A DNA stretch of 63,866 bases, filler included, from Licmophora abbreviata (GCA_900291995.1; 11 parts of 11 records of this genome joined end to end with filler, not necessarily neighbours in it); one strand, 5' to 3'. Counted from the first letter of the whole stretch, positions 24,067 to 37,079 are shown. The notes: generated by a model not told the origin, from the sequence alone. Program-made: numbers and translations.

Positions 24067-24750
24067 TTACCTCCGGTTCTGTTGCACAGTACGGATCTGC
24101 TCATCTCGAAAGCTATTCGACACGCGACTCCCACATTCGTACTTGCAAATCTGCGACGCTTTGAACTGTTGGAGCGCCTTGTCTGGCTTCTGAATCAATA
24201 TTGCCGCATCATATTGTCGCAACCGGTCCCGTTCCAGGTCCGAGCTTAGAGAGTTATAAACCTCCTGTTTCGATTTGTAGGGTTGACCTTTGGCACCATT
24301 TACTATCTTGGTAGCAATGGTGGGGTACAAACTTTTGTAGGCAACAATGGATCGTGAGATCGTACGGAATGGGACGTATCAGCCAATAGTTTGCAGCACT
24401 TGGGCGAACACGATATCACCAGCGACATGCAACTCACCCTGGAAAGGCTGTAAACTCACGAGCCATGGCATTGTTAACGTCAATCTTTGGACCCGAGTAG
24501 GCTTCTGCGGATGGACATGACATCACCGTCNNNNNNNNNNNNNNNNNNNNNNNNNNNNNNNNNNNNNNNNNNNNTTAATTAATTAANNNNNNNNNNNNNN
24601 NNNNNNNNNNNNNNNNNNNNNNNNNNNNNNCGCGGAGCGACGATCGACGCCAACGTCTAGGCCGTTAGACACCGTCCACCCATGGCATGTCGCAAAAATA
24701 CTCCAGAGGAGAGCAAGTCTCACAGAAAGAAGGTTGCGTGTCGCAGACAT
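24067..24750 (-). CDS. PsbU-like thylakoid-lumen protein (PSII 12-kDa extrinsic family); intron 24332-24437; spans gap
   Basis: KIDVNNAMAREFTAFPG|LYPTIATKIV...QPYKS matches the PsbU core. Signal peptide followed by a DRRSA twin-Arg-like motif. Confidence 0.65.
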
Positions 24751-24988
24751 GATGATGATGTTGCTCACAATATGATTGATGGTGACACTCATCTCTATCT
24801 CGTCGCGATTCGCGATCTTGCGATCAACGGCTTCACAAACAAAATCGATGAGTGCCAGACACGAGCTCCACCCGGTCAGTTTCCACCGGGACGACCTCTC
24901 ATTGGCGCTCGATTTGTGTGGCCAACGCTCAATTCAAAAGCTTGTTCGCGGGAGAGACTTATCTGATAGTCGCATGGACAGCTCGGTC

Positions 24989-26836
24989 CTACGTGTTCTT
25001 GAATCTTAGCAAGCATCGATGGGTCGGTGTCTGGTTCAGCCGACACATGATTTCTGTCTCTGTGGCACCTCGAGATGGTATCAAGGGGCGACTACTCCAC
25101 TCATTACCTACAGCTCTGTCGCCCCCCTGAAGAATCCATTCCCTCGTTCGCTGTGGCAATGACCCATCATCATCGACAGGGGCCAGTACCGGATTCGGAA
25201 CCGAGACGGCCTCCAGACCAGCAGCTTGCTCTGCCAGTTGTCGGATTGTCACGGCTACATCCTCGCAGTTGGATTGTAACAGAAGCAAGCCATTCGACTT
25301 CTTCAGAATACGAGCCGCCGCGAGGAGCAACGACTCCGAAGCCATGAATCCACTTGTCAAGTCCGATGGTAGCTGGGTGTTTCCTTCGTCGTCGAGCTTT
25401 GACGGAAGCCGAAACGGAGTCGGAAACTGGATCATTATCAGCGCTACCCGTCCGGGATACTCAGCATGGATTGTGCTGAGCAAATCTTCTGCTGATGAGT
25501 AGGTGAATTGCACTTTGTGATCAATACCCCACCGTTCTGAGATGCCTCTGGAATACCCAAGCGTTGCCTGATTGAGATCGCCTCCGACATAGTTGCACTC
25601 GGTCCAGTCTACATTATTGAAGAGAGATCCCTCAGGCGACACGCGGAAACTCTCGAATGCGTGCGACGACATGGTATTCAAACCCAGGAGCGACACCCCC
25701 ATCCCACATCCGATATCCAAAATTAGGTCTTGTCTTGGATCCGCCAACTGACGCACCCCGCGTAGCTCGAAGCGCTGCAGAGGAGATTGAAAGTCTTCGT
25801 CGCGCCAATCCGGCGGAGCCTTGGCCTTTTGTAGTTTAGACGAGAATCTCCAAAGCCACAACAGTGGCCGCTCGGAGAACAAATCAAATTGATCTTTTGA
25901 AAAGCGATCAACTAAGTCTAAATGCTCTTGCTTGTCAATCAGACATTGCGCTGCAACGTCATACAATGCTCTTAACTGTTGCGGAGGGAGACCACATGCA
26001 GCCATCTTTTCCACCATCTGCAAGACATACTTGGATCGAAATGAGGGTCTCTTTCCAATTCGCTGCAACTCAAGTTGCGCAATTTTTGCCAAACTTTCAT
26101 AGAGTTGGACATTGTTGACGCCTGACACACAAAAGGCAAAGGCGGTGTCGGCCGAGGCGCGGCCCCGAATGTCGGTTCCGAGAGTCACATGCAATCGATC
26201 AAGCGCTTGCTGGGCGAGCCGATTGAGCAGGGCAGAGTCGACGGCCGTGTGCGCCTCCGATGCTTCAACCACTAGATCCATACATTGATGGGACAAGTGC
26301 AGTGCCGACGGACATTTCAAGGGCCGGACAATCCGCAGCTCTCTTGTTTCATCAGGTGGTTCTGAAGTCGCCTCTATTCCCCAAGAAGACGAATCATCCT
26401 CATAAATCACAAAATGATATCCTTCCTTAAGCAAGAAAGAGCATTCTTCCAACGCGGACTCTAGGTTGCTGGTCGTTGCCCTCTCATCTTGTCTCCTTTG
26501 CCCTGCCGATATTGCTCTCTGCAAGACGAAGTAGGACTGCGGGGCCGGGCTGTTGAACTTTTGCAAGAGGATGTTGGTTCGATTGTCATTAGATGGATTG
26601 ACAGACCATGTATCTGCCTTCCAGCAGTCTTCGGATATAGTAGCTATTCCATCTGTACAGGAAGCAGCGATGCTCGAAACTTGCCGATACCTTCTCCGCA
26701 CTCCACTCCTACTACTAACAGTTGGCAGCCCAGCTGCGAACGAAGCAGCCGTCGAGCCGAAATGATACCGAGAAAAGCATCCAACCCATACCATCGTCCC
26801 TACTATTCGAATGGGTACAGTTCTTCCTCGTGGCAT
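24989..26836 (-). CDS. SAM-dependent methyltransferase, TrmB/tRNA m7G-like C-terminal domain; probable organelle targeting
   Basis: LILDIGCGMG motif I, IQFPTP, LLLQSNCEDVA, TETE motifs. Confidence 0.65.
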   Translation of the reverse strand: MPRGRTVPIRIVGTMVWVGCFSRYHFGSTAASFAAGLPTVSSRSGVRRRYRQVSSIAASCTDGIATISEDCWKADTWSVNPSNDNRTNILLQKFNSPAPQSYFVLQRAISAGQRRQDERATTSNLESALEECSFLLKEGYHFVIYEDDSSSWGIEATSEPPDETRELRIVRPLKCPSALHLSHQCMDLVVEASEAHTAVDSALLNRLAQQALDRLHVTLGTDIRGRASADTAFAFCVSGVNNVQLYESLAKIAQLELQRIGKRPSFRSKYVLQMVEKMAACGLPPQQLRALYDVAAQCLIDKQEHLDLVDRFSKDQFDLFSERPLLWLWRFSSKLQKAKAPPDWRDEDFQSPLQRFELRGVRQLADPRQDLILDIGCGMGVSLLGLNTMSSHAFESFRVSPEGSLFNNVDWTECNYVGGDLNQATLGYSRGISERWGIDHKVQFTYSSAEDLLSTIHAEYPGRVALIMIQFPTPFRLPSKLDDEGNTQLPSDLTSGFMASESLLLAAARILKKSNGLLLLQSNCEDVAVTIRQLAEQAAGLEAVSVPNPVLAPVDDDGSLPQRTREWILQGGDRAVGNEWSSRPLIPSRGATETEIMCRLNQTPTHRCLLRFKNT

Positions 26837-27317
26837 GCTAATAAAGCTTGTTCAGGGCGTCTTGCGGGGAGGAGCAACACACTGTCGCTGTGTTCATGCT
26901 GTTGGTGTTGATCACGGCTGATGCATCTGTTCAATGTCATCGCCATTCATTCATCGCCTGTCGGCGGCTCTATCATCATCAGTCCCGCATGATGACGACA
27001 TGAGAGTCACGGGAAGAAAACATTGACTTGATTGCACCATTGCACCTCACGGAGTCGCCAGCCATGACTGACTGGTCCCGTCGTCCCGTAAAGCGTAAGA
27101 AAGAGGGATCTTTCCCCGTAAGCTCGTAAAAGCTGGATGTGCTTGGAAGAAAGTGGACGATGATCAATCTTCAGGTTTCGCATTGCAATAGTAGTATGTA
27201 TGATACTTTTACGTACTGTAGGTTATAGGCTGTGTTCCATTGGATAGCATTATATTATTATAAACATTGTGGCATGGCAGTTTTCAAGTTCTAGTGGTAT
27301 GTCCATCATCCTGCACG

Positions 27318-27707
27318 TCATCGTACCCGCATCAATGTGCGGCTGCTCGATCGGCTGAACAGAATCTGCCGACTTGACGTACGCTGTGCCCGTTGCAGCA
27401 TTAGTGCTCGTGACTGCCTGCGTTCTTCCAAACACAGCAACTCCGACATGGAGCTCCCGCGAAGGCTTGCCAAAGTCATGGCGATCTCACTTCCTTTCGA
27501 TACCAATACATCAGGATTCAATGTCAACATACATTCGATGATATCCCACGGAGCGTCAAAGTTGATGGCGAACGTCAGGAGTGTCGTTGTGTGCTTCGTG
27601 TCGGACATGAGCTTATCCTGCGCGTCAAAATCCGAGTTGACGACTTCGCGAACTTGGTCCCACTCCTGGCGACCAATCAAGTACATGAGGCTTTTGTTGG
27701 AAGGCAT
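27318..27707 (-). CDS. Small hypothetical protein (possibly ankyrin-like)
   Basis: ATG ORF with LIGRQEWD...TLLTFAINFDAPWDIIECML, similar to diatom ankyrin-like N-termini. Confidence 0.5.
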   Translation of the reverse strand: MPSNKSLMYLIGRQEWDQVREVVNSDFDAQDKLMSDTKHTTTLLTFAINFDAPWDIIECMLTLNPDVLVSKGSEIAMTLASLRGSSMSELLCLEERRQSRALMLQRAQRTSSRQILFSRSSSRTLMRVR

Positions 27708-28103
27708 GATTGCTAGTGTGTGTGTGTACGAGGGAGGGATTGAGGAACGCGATTTGCTTGTTGTCGATATTGTGGGAGCAATCGTGTCAGTTTTCAAGCT
27801 CAGTAGTCACGATTTGAGTTTGGGCCTTTTCGATATTCGTGAATGTCCAACATATACAAAGTTTCAGTGCTGTAGACAAGTAATGAACCAATTTTCCCTT
27901 TGTCTGTCGCGGGCGTATGGCAGCCTTCTGACAACCAGGCACAGACACCGCACATCTCGTCTTGCCGTCTGATCTGCTTTTTTGTGATGATGCAATGAGA
28001 AAAGGTGACTGCGACGATCGAACACCGCGATGATTCAAACACACCAAACACCACACCACAGCACTGCCAACACCACCTCCACAATAGACACCACAGTACC
28101 ATC

Positions 28104-28451
28104 ATGTCTCAAGTTCGAACTGCTCATTTGCTAGTCAAGCACACGGGAAGTCGGAATCCCGTGTCGCGACGTACAGGGGAAGCTGTCCACTTGACTCCCG
28201 CCGATGCAATGACAGAGCTCGAATCCTACCAGCGAAAGATCGTGGCCGAGGGAGTGGATGAGACCTTTCCCAAGTATGCCAAGGAGCGATCCGATTGTTC
28301 GTCCTTTTCGAGGAATGGGGATTTGGGATTCTTTGGACCAGGGCAGATGCAGAAGCCCTTTGAAGATGCGTCGTTCGCCTTGAAGGTTGGGGAGATGTCA
28401 GGCATTGTATCGACGGATTCGGGCTATCATTTGATTTACCGTATAGCTTAG
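28104..28451 (+). CDS. PIN1: Parvulin-type peptidyl-prolyl isomerase (Pin1-like, no WW domain)
   Basis: VRTAHLLVKHTGSRNP, SDCSS..GDLGFF..GQMQKPFEDASF, TDSGYHLI. Confidence 0.9.
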   Translation: MSQVRTAHLLVKHTGSRNPVSRRTGEAVHLTPADAMTELESYQRKIVAEGVDETFPKYAKERSDCSSFSRNGDLGFFGPGQMQKPFEDASFALKVGEMSGIVSTDSGYHLIYRIA

Positions 28452-28699
28452 AGTCAGATGCTTACGAGGGTCAGCTGAATGCTGATACAATATCCGTCTA
28501 CTCTAGACGATGGGTGCTGGTACCGACATGTACGTTTTAGGTTCTAGCCTAGCAGGCCAGTACGAGGTAGTAGCTTGACGCTTACCTATGACAGCTGTGA
28601 TACGTCGGTGCAGAGCTATGGCGTTTACGATCCTGTAGAAGTAGGCAACAGTCCCATTATCCATTATTCCCATCTACAATTACATGCACGTCCCATGCG

Positions 28700-30753
28700 T
28701 CACTGTCGGCCCCCTAGTACCATCTCGACGAATGCTTCCGTCTCCCGAAGAGATTGACTCAGATCCAATTTGCTCGTTGGGGACTCGATGACGCATTTTG
28801 GACTACTGCTCCCATCCTTACTCGTACTAGTCGTTTGCAAGGAGGCCAACACGCCTTTTTCTCCCGCGCCCCCCTCCAAGAAAAAGCATTCAAGCGACGG
28901 CGGCGACATCGCACCGTATCCGGGACTCGAAACGGACGTACTCCAGGACCTGTCAAACACCGAGTTGCATTCTCGACGGATAAAATCAAGCAACCGACCC
29001 TTGTCATTGTTCCATTCGCTTGTGAGAGACTCTATCTCGCTGGCGTGCTGCCCTATCATGGCCTTCTTTTCTTGGGCGTGGTCCTTCTGGGCATCTTCCA
29101 GCCTAGCCTCCAGTTCTTGACGCCTCGTAACTTCGAGATCAACTTGGTGTGCTGCATGGGCCTTTGACGTTCCTATCGTTTCTTCCTTGAGCTGAAAACG
29201 AATACAATCAAAGCGAGCGACCGCTTACGTTAACCACGTCGAAGCGACATTGCAGAACACATGACACTTTCTCTTACCTGACTGATCTCGCTCGCATGCC
29301 TTTGCTCCAGCTCTTGAATTCTCTTATCAAACTCCCCCTGCAGTCTCTTCTTGAGCTCCTTGCAACGACTCGCATATTGCGTCCTTGTCAATTCGATAAA
29401 CTTCTTCTTTCCATCTGAAAATTCCCGTTCACGGTTGTGGAGCTCCACCCGATGCTCCTCCACAAGTCGAGCCATGTCACGTTGGTGCTGTTGGACGGCA
29501 CTGGCACGTTCCGTCGCTTCCCGGATGCGTCCCAGTCGGTCGCCCATACTGACGTTGATAGTTGGTTTGTTTCCACTTGCGTAGGAGACTTCCGTTCGTT
29601 TTCCTTCGTCTACACAATCCATCGACGTGCTGCTCGTTGCTTGACTACTTGCCGTCGTCTGAACGCCCTTGTGATGGCTTTTCCGAAGAATGCCTTTGCT
29701 CTTCGTCTTATTGGTCTCCTTGTTCAGCAGTTGAGCTTCCAATCCAACCTTTTGAGACGTCACTTTCACAAGTTTGTCATTGACATCCTCCAATTTCTTC
29801 TGGAGCATCTTTACTTTGTTCTGAAGACGTGTATTCTCCGTGCGAAGCGATTCCACGACTGTTTCCTCTCGATGACGATGTTCACTGGCAGTCGTGCGTC
29901 TTGGATGCAAGACTTCCTGTGGACGACCCCCGGTGTCGGTACGAGCCTCTCCTTCCAGCTTCACCAGTGTCGAATGCAACGATCGATTTTCCTTGCTCAA
30001 CTGCGCATTGGTTTCTTGCAACATTTGAACTTGACTCGTGAGGTGAGCCAACTCGACAATGGAAGTAGGAGCTGCTTTCGATGGATCGTTGTTGGGTAAA
30101 GGAGTAGCAGCAGGTAGAGAATCGCCTGGACGACTGACATGAGCCTTCGTCGTCGTCTCTTGTTGATTTGGCAAGTACTGATGCAACAAGAGCTGTTCCT
30201 TTTCGTGTTGGAGTTTCGATATTTCCTCTTGCGCACGAGCCAGTCTTGATGCCGCTGTTGCAGAAGGAGGGACAGATGATGGTGGCTCGTCGCTCTGTGA
30301 TGCTGCAATCACTGCAAGTGCGGGGCTCTTCGAAAGAGCTTGGTGCAGACGTTCTTCCAGCGACCGATCTTCGTAGAAGGTTTCATCCTCTTCGGCGGAT
30401 GGAGCTGCGGATACTACTCTTACATCTTCATTCCTAGTAGGACGCACTGGAGCGTTCCTCTTGTTCGTTACAGCAACGAAACTAGGTGGAGGCTGTCGCA
30501 CGTGATCCGTCTCTCGATTCGATCTTGGACGACGAACGATCTTGGACGACGACGGTGACGAAAGTATCGACCCGTTGGTGTCTTCGAGACTGTCTTGTTC
30601 CTCTACAGTGTTGCTCTTCTTGTTGTTGCTGAAGTGGTAGTACTTTGCATCCGAATACGCGGCGGTGTCATTGCGAGTGATGCGGCGTGCATAGGGCTTG
30701 GGCGGAGGCCCTTCCGGCTCGGGGGTCATTGTATCTGAAAGGTTGTCGTCCAT
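28700..30753 (-). CDS. Coiled-coil hypothetical protein (intron ~29193-29277)
   Basis: 507-aa ORF with heptad E/K/L-rich stretches spliced to a downstream exon. Confidence 0.7.
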
Positions 30754-31359
30754 TCTGTTTGTTCTTGTCGTTTAGGAGGAGAAGTGTACGAATAGTAGCA
30801 TGCAACGACAGAGCGACGACACGAAACGTGGTGACAGAAAATCGCAGTCCAACAAAGCACTTCGTTTGCCCGTGATCCGAGCAATGCGCGAGGCGACGCC
30901 GGCGCCGTAGATTGGCCGTTCGACTTTCATCGCGATAGAGCATTCCCNNNNNNNNNNNNNNNNNNNNNNNNNNNNNNNNNNNNNNNNNNNNTTAATTAAT
31001 TAANNNNNNNNNNNNNNNNNNNNNNNNNNNNNNNNNNNNNNNNNNNNCGCCGTAGATTCAAGATTGGCCGTTCGACTTTCATCGCGACAGAGCATTCCCT
31101 TCTTGGCGCGCCATACTCTGACGGTCGTAGACCTTGGTACAAGCCATACGCAAACAAACAGTACCAAAAAGGAACACGCCAGATTCCTCTCACTGGTTTG
31201 GCACGCCGTTGCGCACCTCGCCCAAACTCCATGAACCATGACGACGACGACGACGACGACGAGAAAGCGCCAAAAGCGATGCGATGATGCCTGTGTGTGA
31301 TCGTGTGGGTCTTCCTTCGTTGCTCTCTCTCTCCAGTCTCTACTAAAAGGACTACTGCC

Positions 31360-34300
31360 ATGCCTCGTCCTGCAAACAACAGCAACAACAATACTGTCGT
31401 CTTGAATGTGGCCGAAAAGCCGTCCGTGGCACGAGCACTCGCGGCAGTCTTTGCGCGGATGCCGGGATCGGTCGACCGGCCCATGCAACGAGCACAGCAC
31501 GCGGCTCAGATCTTTACACACGAACAAGTTCGCTTTCCGCATGTCTTTCAACAAGGCAATGGGATCGTGATGCAAGGACCAAGTATGTTTTGAGAGTTTC
31601 ACGGGAGACGCGTGCGTGCATGGCGATGTGAGGAGAATTGATCCATCACACACTGACACTGCGTGCACACTTCTATCCCCTCCACAGTCCACTCCCATAC
31701 CATGATTACCACGTCTGTTCGCGGTCACCTTGCCACGCAGGACTTTCCGAAACGATTCGGCTGGAGTTCTTGCGCCCCGATATCCCTCTTCGACGCTCCC
31801 ATTGAAACCTTCTACTCCCAAGACATGCAAGGCCTCGAACGCATGCTGCACACCCTAAGTCGCACTGTACAGGCCGTCATACTGTGGTTGGACTGCGATC
31901 GGGAGGGAGAGGCGATTGGCGACGAAGTGCAGCAAGTGTGTGTCACGAGCAACCCGCGGTTGTTGGTTCTGCGCGCCAAATTCTCCACCGTGCTGCCGCA
32001 GGAAATCCAACGCGCCCTCTGTTCGCTCGGCAAGCTCAATCAGGGATTTGTCGATGCCGTCCAGGCACGGTCGCAGTTGGACTTGAGGGTCGGGGCGGCT
32101 TTTACGAGATTTCAGACGCTGCGACTGCAAAAGAAGTTTGATGGCTTTCAGACTGCCGGGCAGCCGATATCCTATGGGCCGTGTCAGTTTCCGACTCTGG
32201 GGTTTGTTGTGGAGCGATGGGCGCGGATTGAAACCTTTGTTCCTGAAGACTTTTGGTTTCTAGAAGTGACATTGCAACTGCCTGATCATACTACGAATAC
32301 TGCTGCTGCCACGACCAGGACCGTGTATTTCGCTTGGAAACGAGGACGACTCTACGATCGCTTGCTCTGCATGGCTCTGTACGAACAGTGTCTCGATGCC
32401 AGGGAGGCAGTCGTGACGCAATTGACGGGACGACCCAAGAACAAGTGGCGGCCTGTGCCACTGGCCACGGTCGAGTTGCAAAAGCGAGCGTCCAAGTACT
32501 TGCGCATCGGCAGTGAAACGCTTATGACGGCAGCAGAGGAACTCTATCAACAGGGGTACATTTCCTACCCTCGTACCGAGACGGAACGATTTCGACCCGA
32601 ATTTCAACATCGGCCGCTCATTCAGGACTTTGCGAATGTAGGAGGAGAATGTGGAACGTATGCACAAAAGCTCTTGTCAGGACACACCTTTCAGAACCCT
32701 CGTGCCGGTCAACATGATGACAATGCGCATCCTCCCATTACGCCTTGTAAGGCAGTGGACCCAGCGTCGATTGGAGATCCGACCCAGCGAAACGTGTACA
32801 AACTCATTGTCAAACACTACTTGGCTTGTTGCTCGCGAGATGCCATGGGCAAGGAGACTGAGCTGACGGTGCGTATGGGAACTGAGGAGTTCAAGGCCAG
32901 GGGCCTCATGATCCTCGAGCGCAATTGGCTGGAAATCTACGCGCCTTGGGAACGATGGTCGACGGGACAAGGCGAACTCCCGCCTCTGGAGGTTGGAAGT
33001 CGTGTGACACCCAGTGCGTTGCTGATGAAGGATGGACGGACGACGCCGCCACAGCCGATATCCGAGGTAGAACTCATCTCGCTCATGGATCGGAATGGAA
33101 TCGGAACTGACGCTACGATTGCACAGCATATTTCGACGATTCAGCAGAGAGAATACGCCATCAAGGATGGGAATCAGAAGTTCCATCCGACCAAACTTGG
33201 TATTGCTCTCGTGGAGGGTTACAACAGGTGAGTAAGCGGTCTGGTCAATGTAATGCTCAATGATATGCTTTCTAACTCGATGCAACCCGTCCTCCGGTAC
33301 ACAGCATGGGATACCAGCTCAACAAGCCTGATCTTCGTCGCGAAATGGAAGCCGAATGCAATCAAGTCGCCCTGGGCCGCAAGTCAAAAGAAGATATTAT
33401 GGCTCCCATTTTGGCTAAGATGCGACAGTGCTTTCAACGTGCGAACGCGGAAGCGCACAAGCTCGACGAAGCTGTAGCACGCCACTATACGCGACTAGGA
33501 ACGAGCAATGAGGCCTCGACCGTCCTGCAACACACTTTCAGCGAGTGCGGATCTTGTCAGAGCCCCATGATGCTCAAGCAAACTGCTGGCGGCGGCGGTG
33601 GCGGAAATCGAGGAAACCGAAACTTCCGACGTAAACTGCTGTACTGTGCCACCTGTCAGACTGGACATGTGCTTCCAGCGGGTAACTTGCGCCCGCTGAC
33701 TGCCAACGACAACGGTGGGCTGCAGTAAAATGCCCAATTTGTCAGTTTCAAGTCGTTCGTATGGAACGCGGTGATGGCTACGAAGGCAACGGATACGAGG
33801 TTTGTCCCAAATGTTTTTCGGATCCGCCGTTGGAACACGGTGGTTCCGAAAACCCTGAGTTTCGTTGCTTTGCCTGTCAACACCCCACGTGTCAACTGTC
33901 TGGTGGAGCGCGGGGTAGCTCCATTGAAGTGTTTCCGTGTCCATTTTGCAGCACTCAGAACCAAGGAAATGTGTTTCTGCGCAAGACACGCAATGCCCAC
34001 GTGCTATCATGTGACCAGTACAAAGAGACAAATCGGTGCCAATATTCAATTTGGCTTCCAAGAGAGGCAAGCACAATAGCTGTCCCGTCCGAAGAAGAAA
34101 CCGGCGCCATTTGTCGCACTTGCTCTCGTGCGAACCATACTGTGAGGAAGCTACATTTTGTCTGGCGTCCGGGGAGTGTACCACCGCACATGGGGCGCGA
34201 GTGCACAACTTGCGTTCTCTGCGACGCTGCCTTCCGCGAAGACCTTGAAATTAGGCTACCAAGACAAGGACAGGTACGAATCAATCCCACCAGACGCGGC

Positions 34301-34420
34301 CGCGCTGTGGCGCCCGCGCAGCCGGTCAACCGTAATGCAGGACGGAGCGCTGGCGGCAACACGTGCTTTGGATGTGGACAAGCAGGTCACTTTGCCAACC
34401 AATGCCCGCAACGGAATTAA
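31360..34420 (+). CDS. TOP3A: DNA topoisomerase III alpha (introns 31583-31687, 33228-33304; apparent frameshift ~33718)
   Basis: VAEKPSVA TOPRIM, WLDCDREGE, catalytic ISYPRTET, AHPPITP, GIGTDAT; Cys-rich zinc ribbons; terminal CCHC knuckle CFGCGQAGHFANQC. Confidence 0.95.
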
Positions 34421-34447
34421 TAGGCCCAGTTTTCGATAACGTCCAAT

Positions 34448-37079
34448 CTATAATCTTGAAAGTTCCATAGAAGCGATATATTCGTCCCGGACCTGACCCC
34501 GAATAGTCATCACAGCAGCTTGAGTCTTTAGAATGGATTCCATCTCCTCGTTTGTTAATTCAGTCCCCGATGCCAGCAGACTAGCACATGCCATAGCAAA
34601 TTGCTTTCCCTCAAGGTAGTTCATAAACATGGCATTCTCAGACCAAACCGACTGAAGGTATGTCCGATAGGTCTCGACAGCCATCTGTTTGTCGCTCTCG
34701 GACGCCGCTACTGACGCGAGGCTCTGCCGAAACAGAATGATTCGTGCCTCCAAGTTGGGCGTTCCAACAAAAAGCTGCATATCGAATCGACCGGGACGTG
34801 TAATGGCCGCATCAAAAGCTCGAACTCTATTGGTAGCGAGAAAGAAGATAGATCGCTTAGCGCGACGTAGATCGTTGAGGGCGGTGAGCATGGACGTCGT
34901 CAGCATGCGGCTCTCCATGGCAATGCCGGGAGTCTCGCGGTCGAGGCAGAATTCTTCGATCTCGTCAAATAAGATAATACAACGATTCAAGGCCTGAAGT
35001 CGCTTGAATACATAGCGGATTCTGGCAGCCACGTTGCTCAATCCGTCCGCGAGAAAGACGCTGGTATCAATAACAAGAAAGTCCCATCCCAGCCGCTCGG
35101 CTACGGCCTCGCATATTGTCGTCTGAAAGTATAAAACGCATGGTAGGCGAGGTGTAAGTCTCAGCGTTCCACCTGGTCAATGCAGCAGGTTATCCGTTCG
35201 GTTAGTATACGAACCTTTGCAGTTCCAGGCGGTCCAAAGACAATCGCCGAGTATGCTGCTCCATACGACGGGTTGCTGATGGAATTCGCAAATGGATTCA
35301 GAACGCGTTCTTCCAGCACACTCTTGAGCGTACGACACGACATTTTGCCACCGGGGTCCCCCAAGTCCGTATCGAGCAATCGGTCCCATGCTGCCAGCGA
35401 TTCCCCCTCCTGCGACAAGCGCGTACCGCCAAATTCTCGCAGTACATCGTCGTGCATCAATGCCCGAACCGTACGTCGCAACCGGGTGACGCAAATTGCC
35501 GTCTGCGCCGTCGACCAGGCTTGCGGTCCCGACTCGGGCAAGTGTGGTGACGCCCATCCACGAAGGGGTTTGCCATAGCACTGTCCACTTTCTGGATCAC
35601 AGTAGTCGGGAATAACTTCGACCAACTGGTGACTTTCGATCCATGACAGCGTTCGTTCGAGTGAAGAAAGGTGCGGACGAAAGAGGTCAGGCGGTAGTTC
35701 CTTGAGCAGCGATCCAAGCGTATCGAGTGCAAAGACAAACGCATTTCCCACGTTGCGCCCAGTACGCCGAAACGATTTGTAAATTGGTTGACCCTTGTCC
35801 CATAGTCCATTCTCTAGTTGATCACCAAAGAAGGCGTCCAGGGCGGCGACGACGAGCCGACGATTGACCGGAGGAGTCCTTGTTCCCGGGGAGGGACCTT
35901 GTCCAGGTACAAGCTCACGGCCTGCAGTCCCAGAAAGACTCTTGGTAGACACGACATAAGTGAGAAGACTGTAGGCAAGCCGCATGACATCAAAGGATGT
36001 GCGATCACCCGCACTGCGGTACGCTAGCTGTCTAGCAAGTTCATTGAAACTGACTTCGGCGCATCTGTGGCAAGAAAGCAGACGACAACGGGACATTCGA
36101 TTGAGAAAGAGAGAACAATGCATTCGTCGGCACATATTCGAACTCATGTGCACATCACATACCTTGACAAGGAAAGCGACAGTTCCCCCGCGGCCCCTTG
36201 AGGTACCACACTGGACGGCAATCCCCCAATACCACCAACTAGGAGCTCCTCGGTCTCTGCCACTACGACACCGTCCATTGTTTGCAATGGCAACGCAGTC
36301 GTATCGTACAAGACTGCGACAACGCGACAGGTCTGAAAGAGTATATAGTCCGAATAGGGATGTGCATTGCCATGCCGCCGTTTCGGACGGGCCTCCAACA
36401 CCGCAGATACGAGTTGTCGTGTCCGAGACGCCTCCTCATTGTCGCCGCCGGACATGCCCAAGACTCGACGGTCCTCGTCCATCAACAGTCCCGTGTAGAG
36501 GAGTAATGGAACTTGAAACAAGTCATCCTGTCTCCAGTCCGCTAGTAGCAAGGCTTGTAAGACCTTTCGCAAGCGGACTCGTCGTTTGGAATCGTCCGCG
36601 TTGTTATCTGCAGAAATACTACTAGAACTACCATCCGCCGCCATCATGGGTACCACCAACGAGTCATAGTAGGATTCATCGTCTTCGGACGCCGCCAGGA
36701 TGGCTTGTAGGACAAAGCAGGTGGACGTGACACTGACACGCTGCGAGTCCTGTCCTGGAATGACGGAAAAGGCATGCAAGTGGGGTTCGTAGAATCCAAA
36801 GAGACAGGAGGGTGCGGATCGTTCCAGGACCTGCAATCGAGCGTCCAATTGTTGCATCTGAGCAAAGTCGTAGGAGGAGTGACTCATCATCCGTACGGAT
36901 GAAAAGGAATGTCGAGGAGAGTCGGGGGGTCTAATTCGACTTGTTCGAAGCATCCTTACGGATGCAAGTGATGGACTGCGAGTACTAGTGTTGATTTCAT
37001 GTTGTGTCGATGGTACGAATCCAAGCACTCCTCCAGAGTGTACCAGAAGTAGCAGCATCCAACCTTTCATCCTGCTCAT
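34448..37079 (-). CDS. AAA+ ATPase with long helical N-terminal domain, probable plastid presequence (2 introns)
   Basis: Walker A GPPGTAK|T, Walker B ILFDEIE, sensor ATN, SRH DAAITRPGRFD; N-terminal signal ending VLG-FVP. Confidence 0.85.

Noticed and set aside
31239..31262. (GAC)n microsatellite
   Set aside because: Ordinary short trinucleotide repeat, common in this window.
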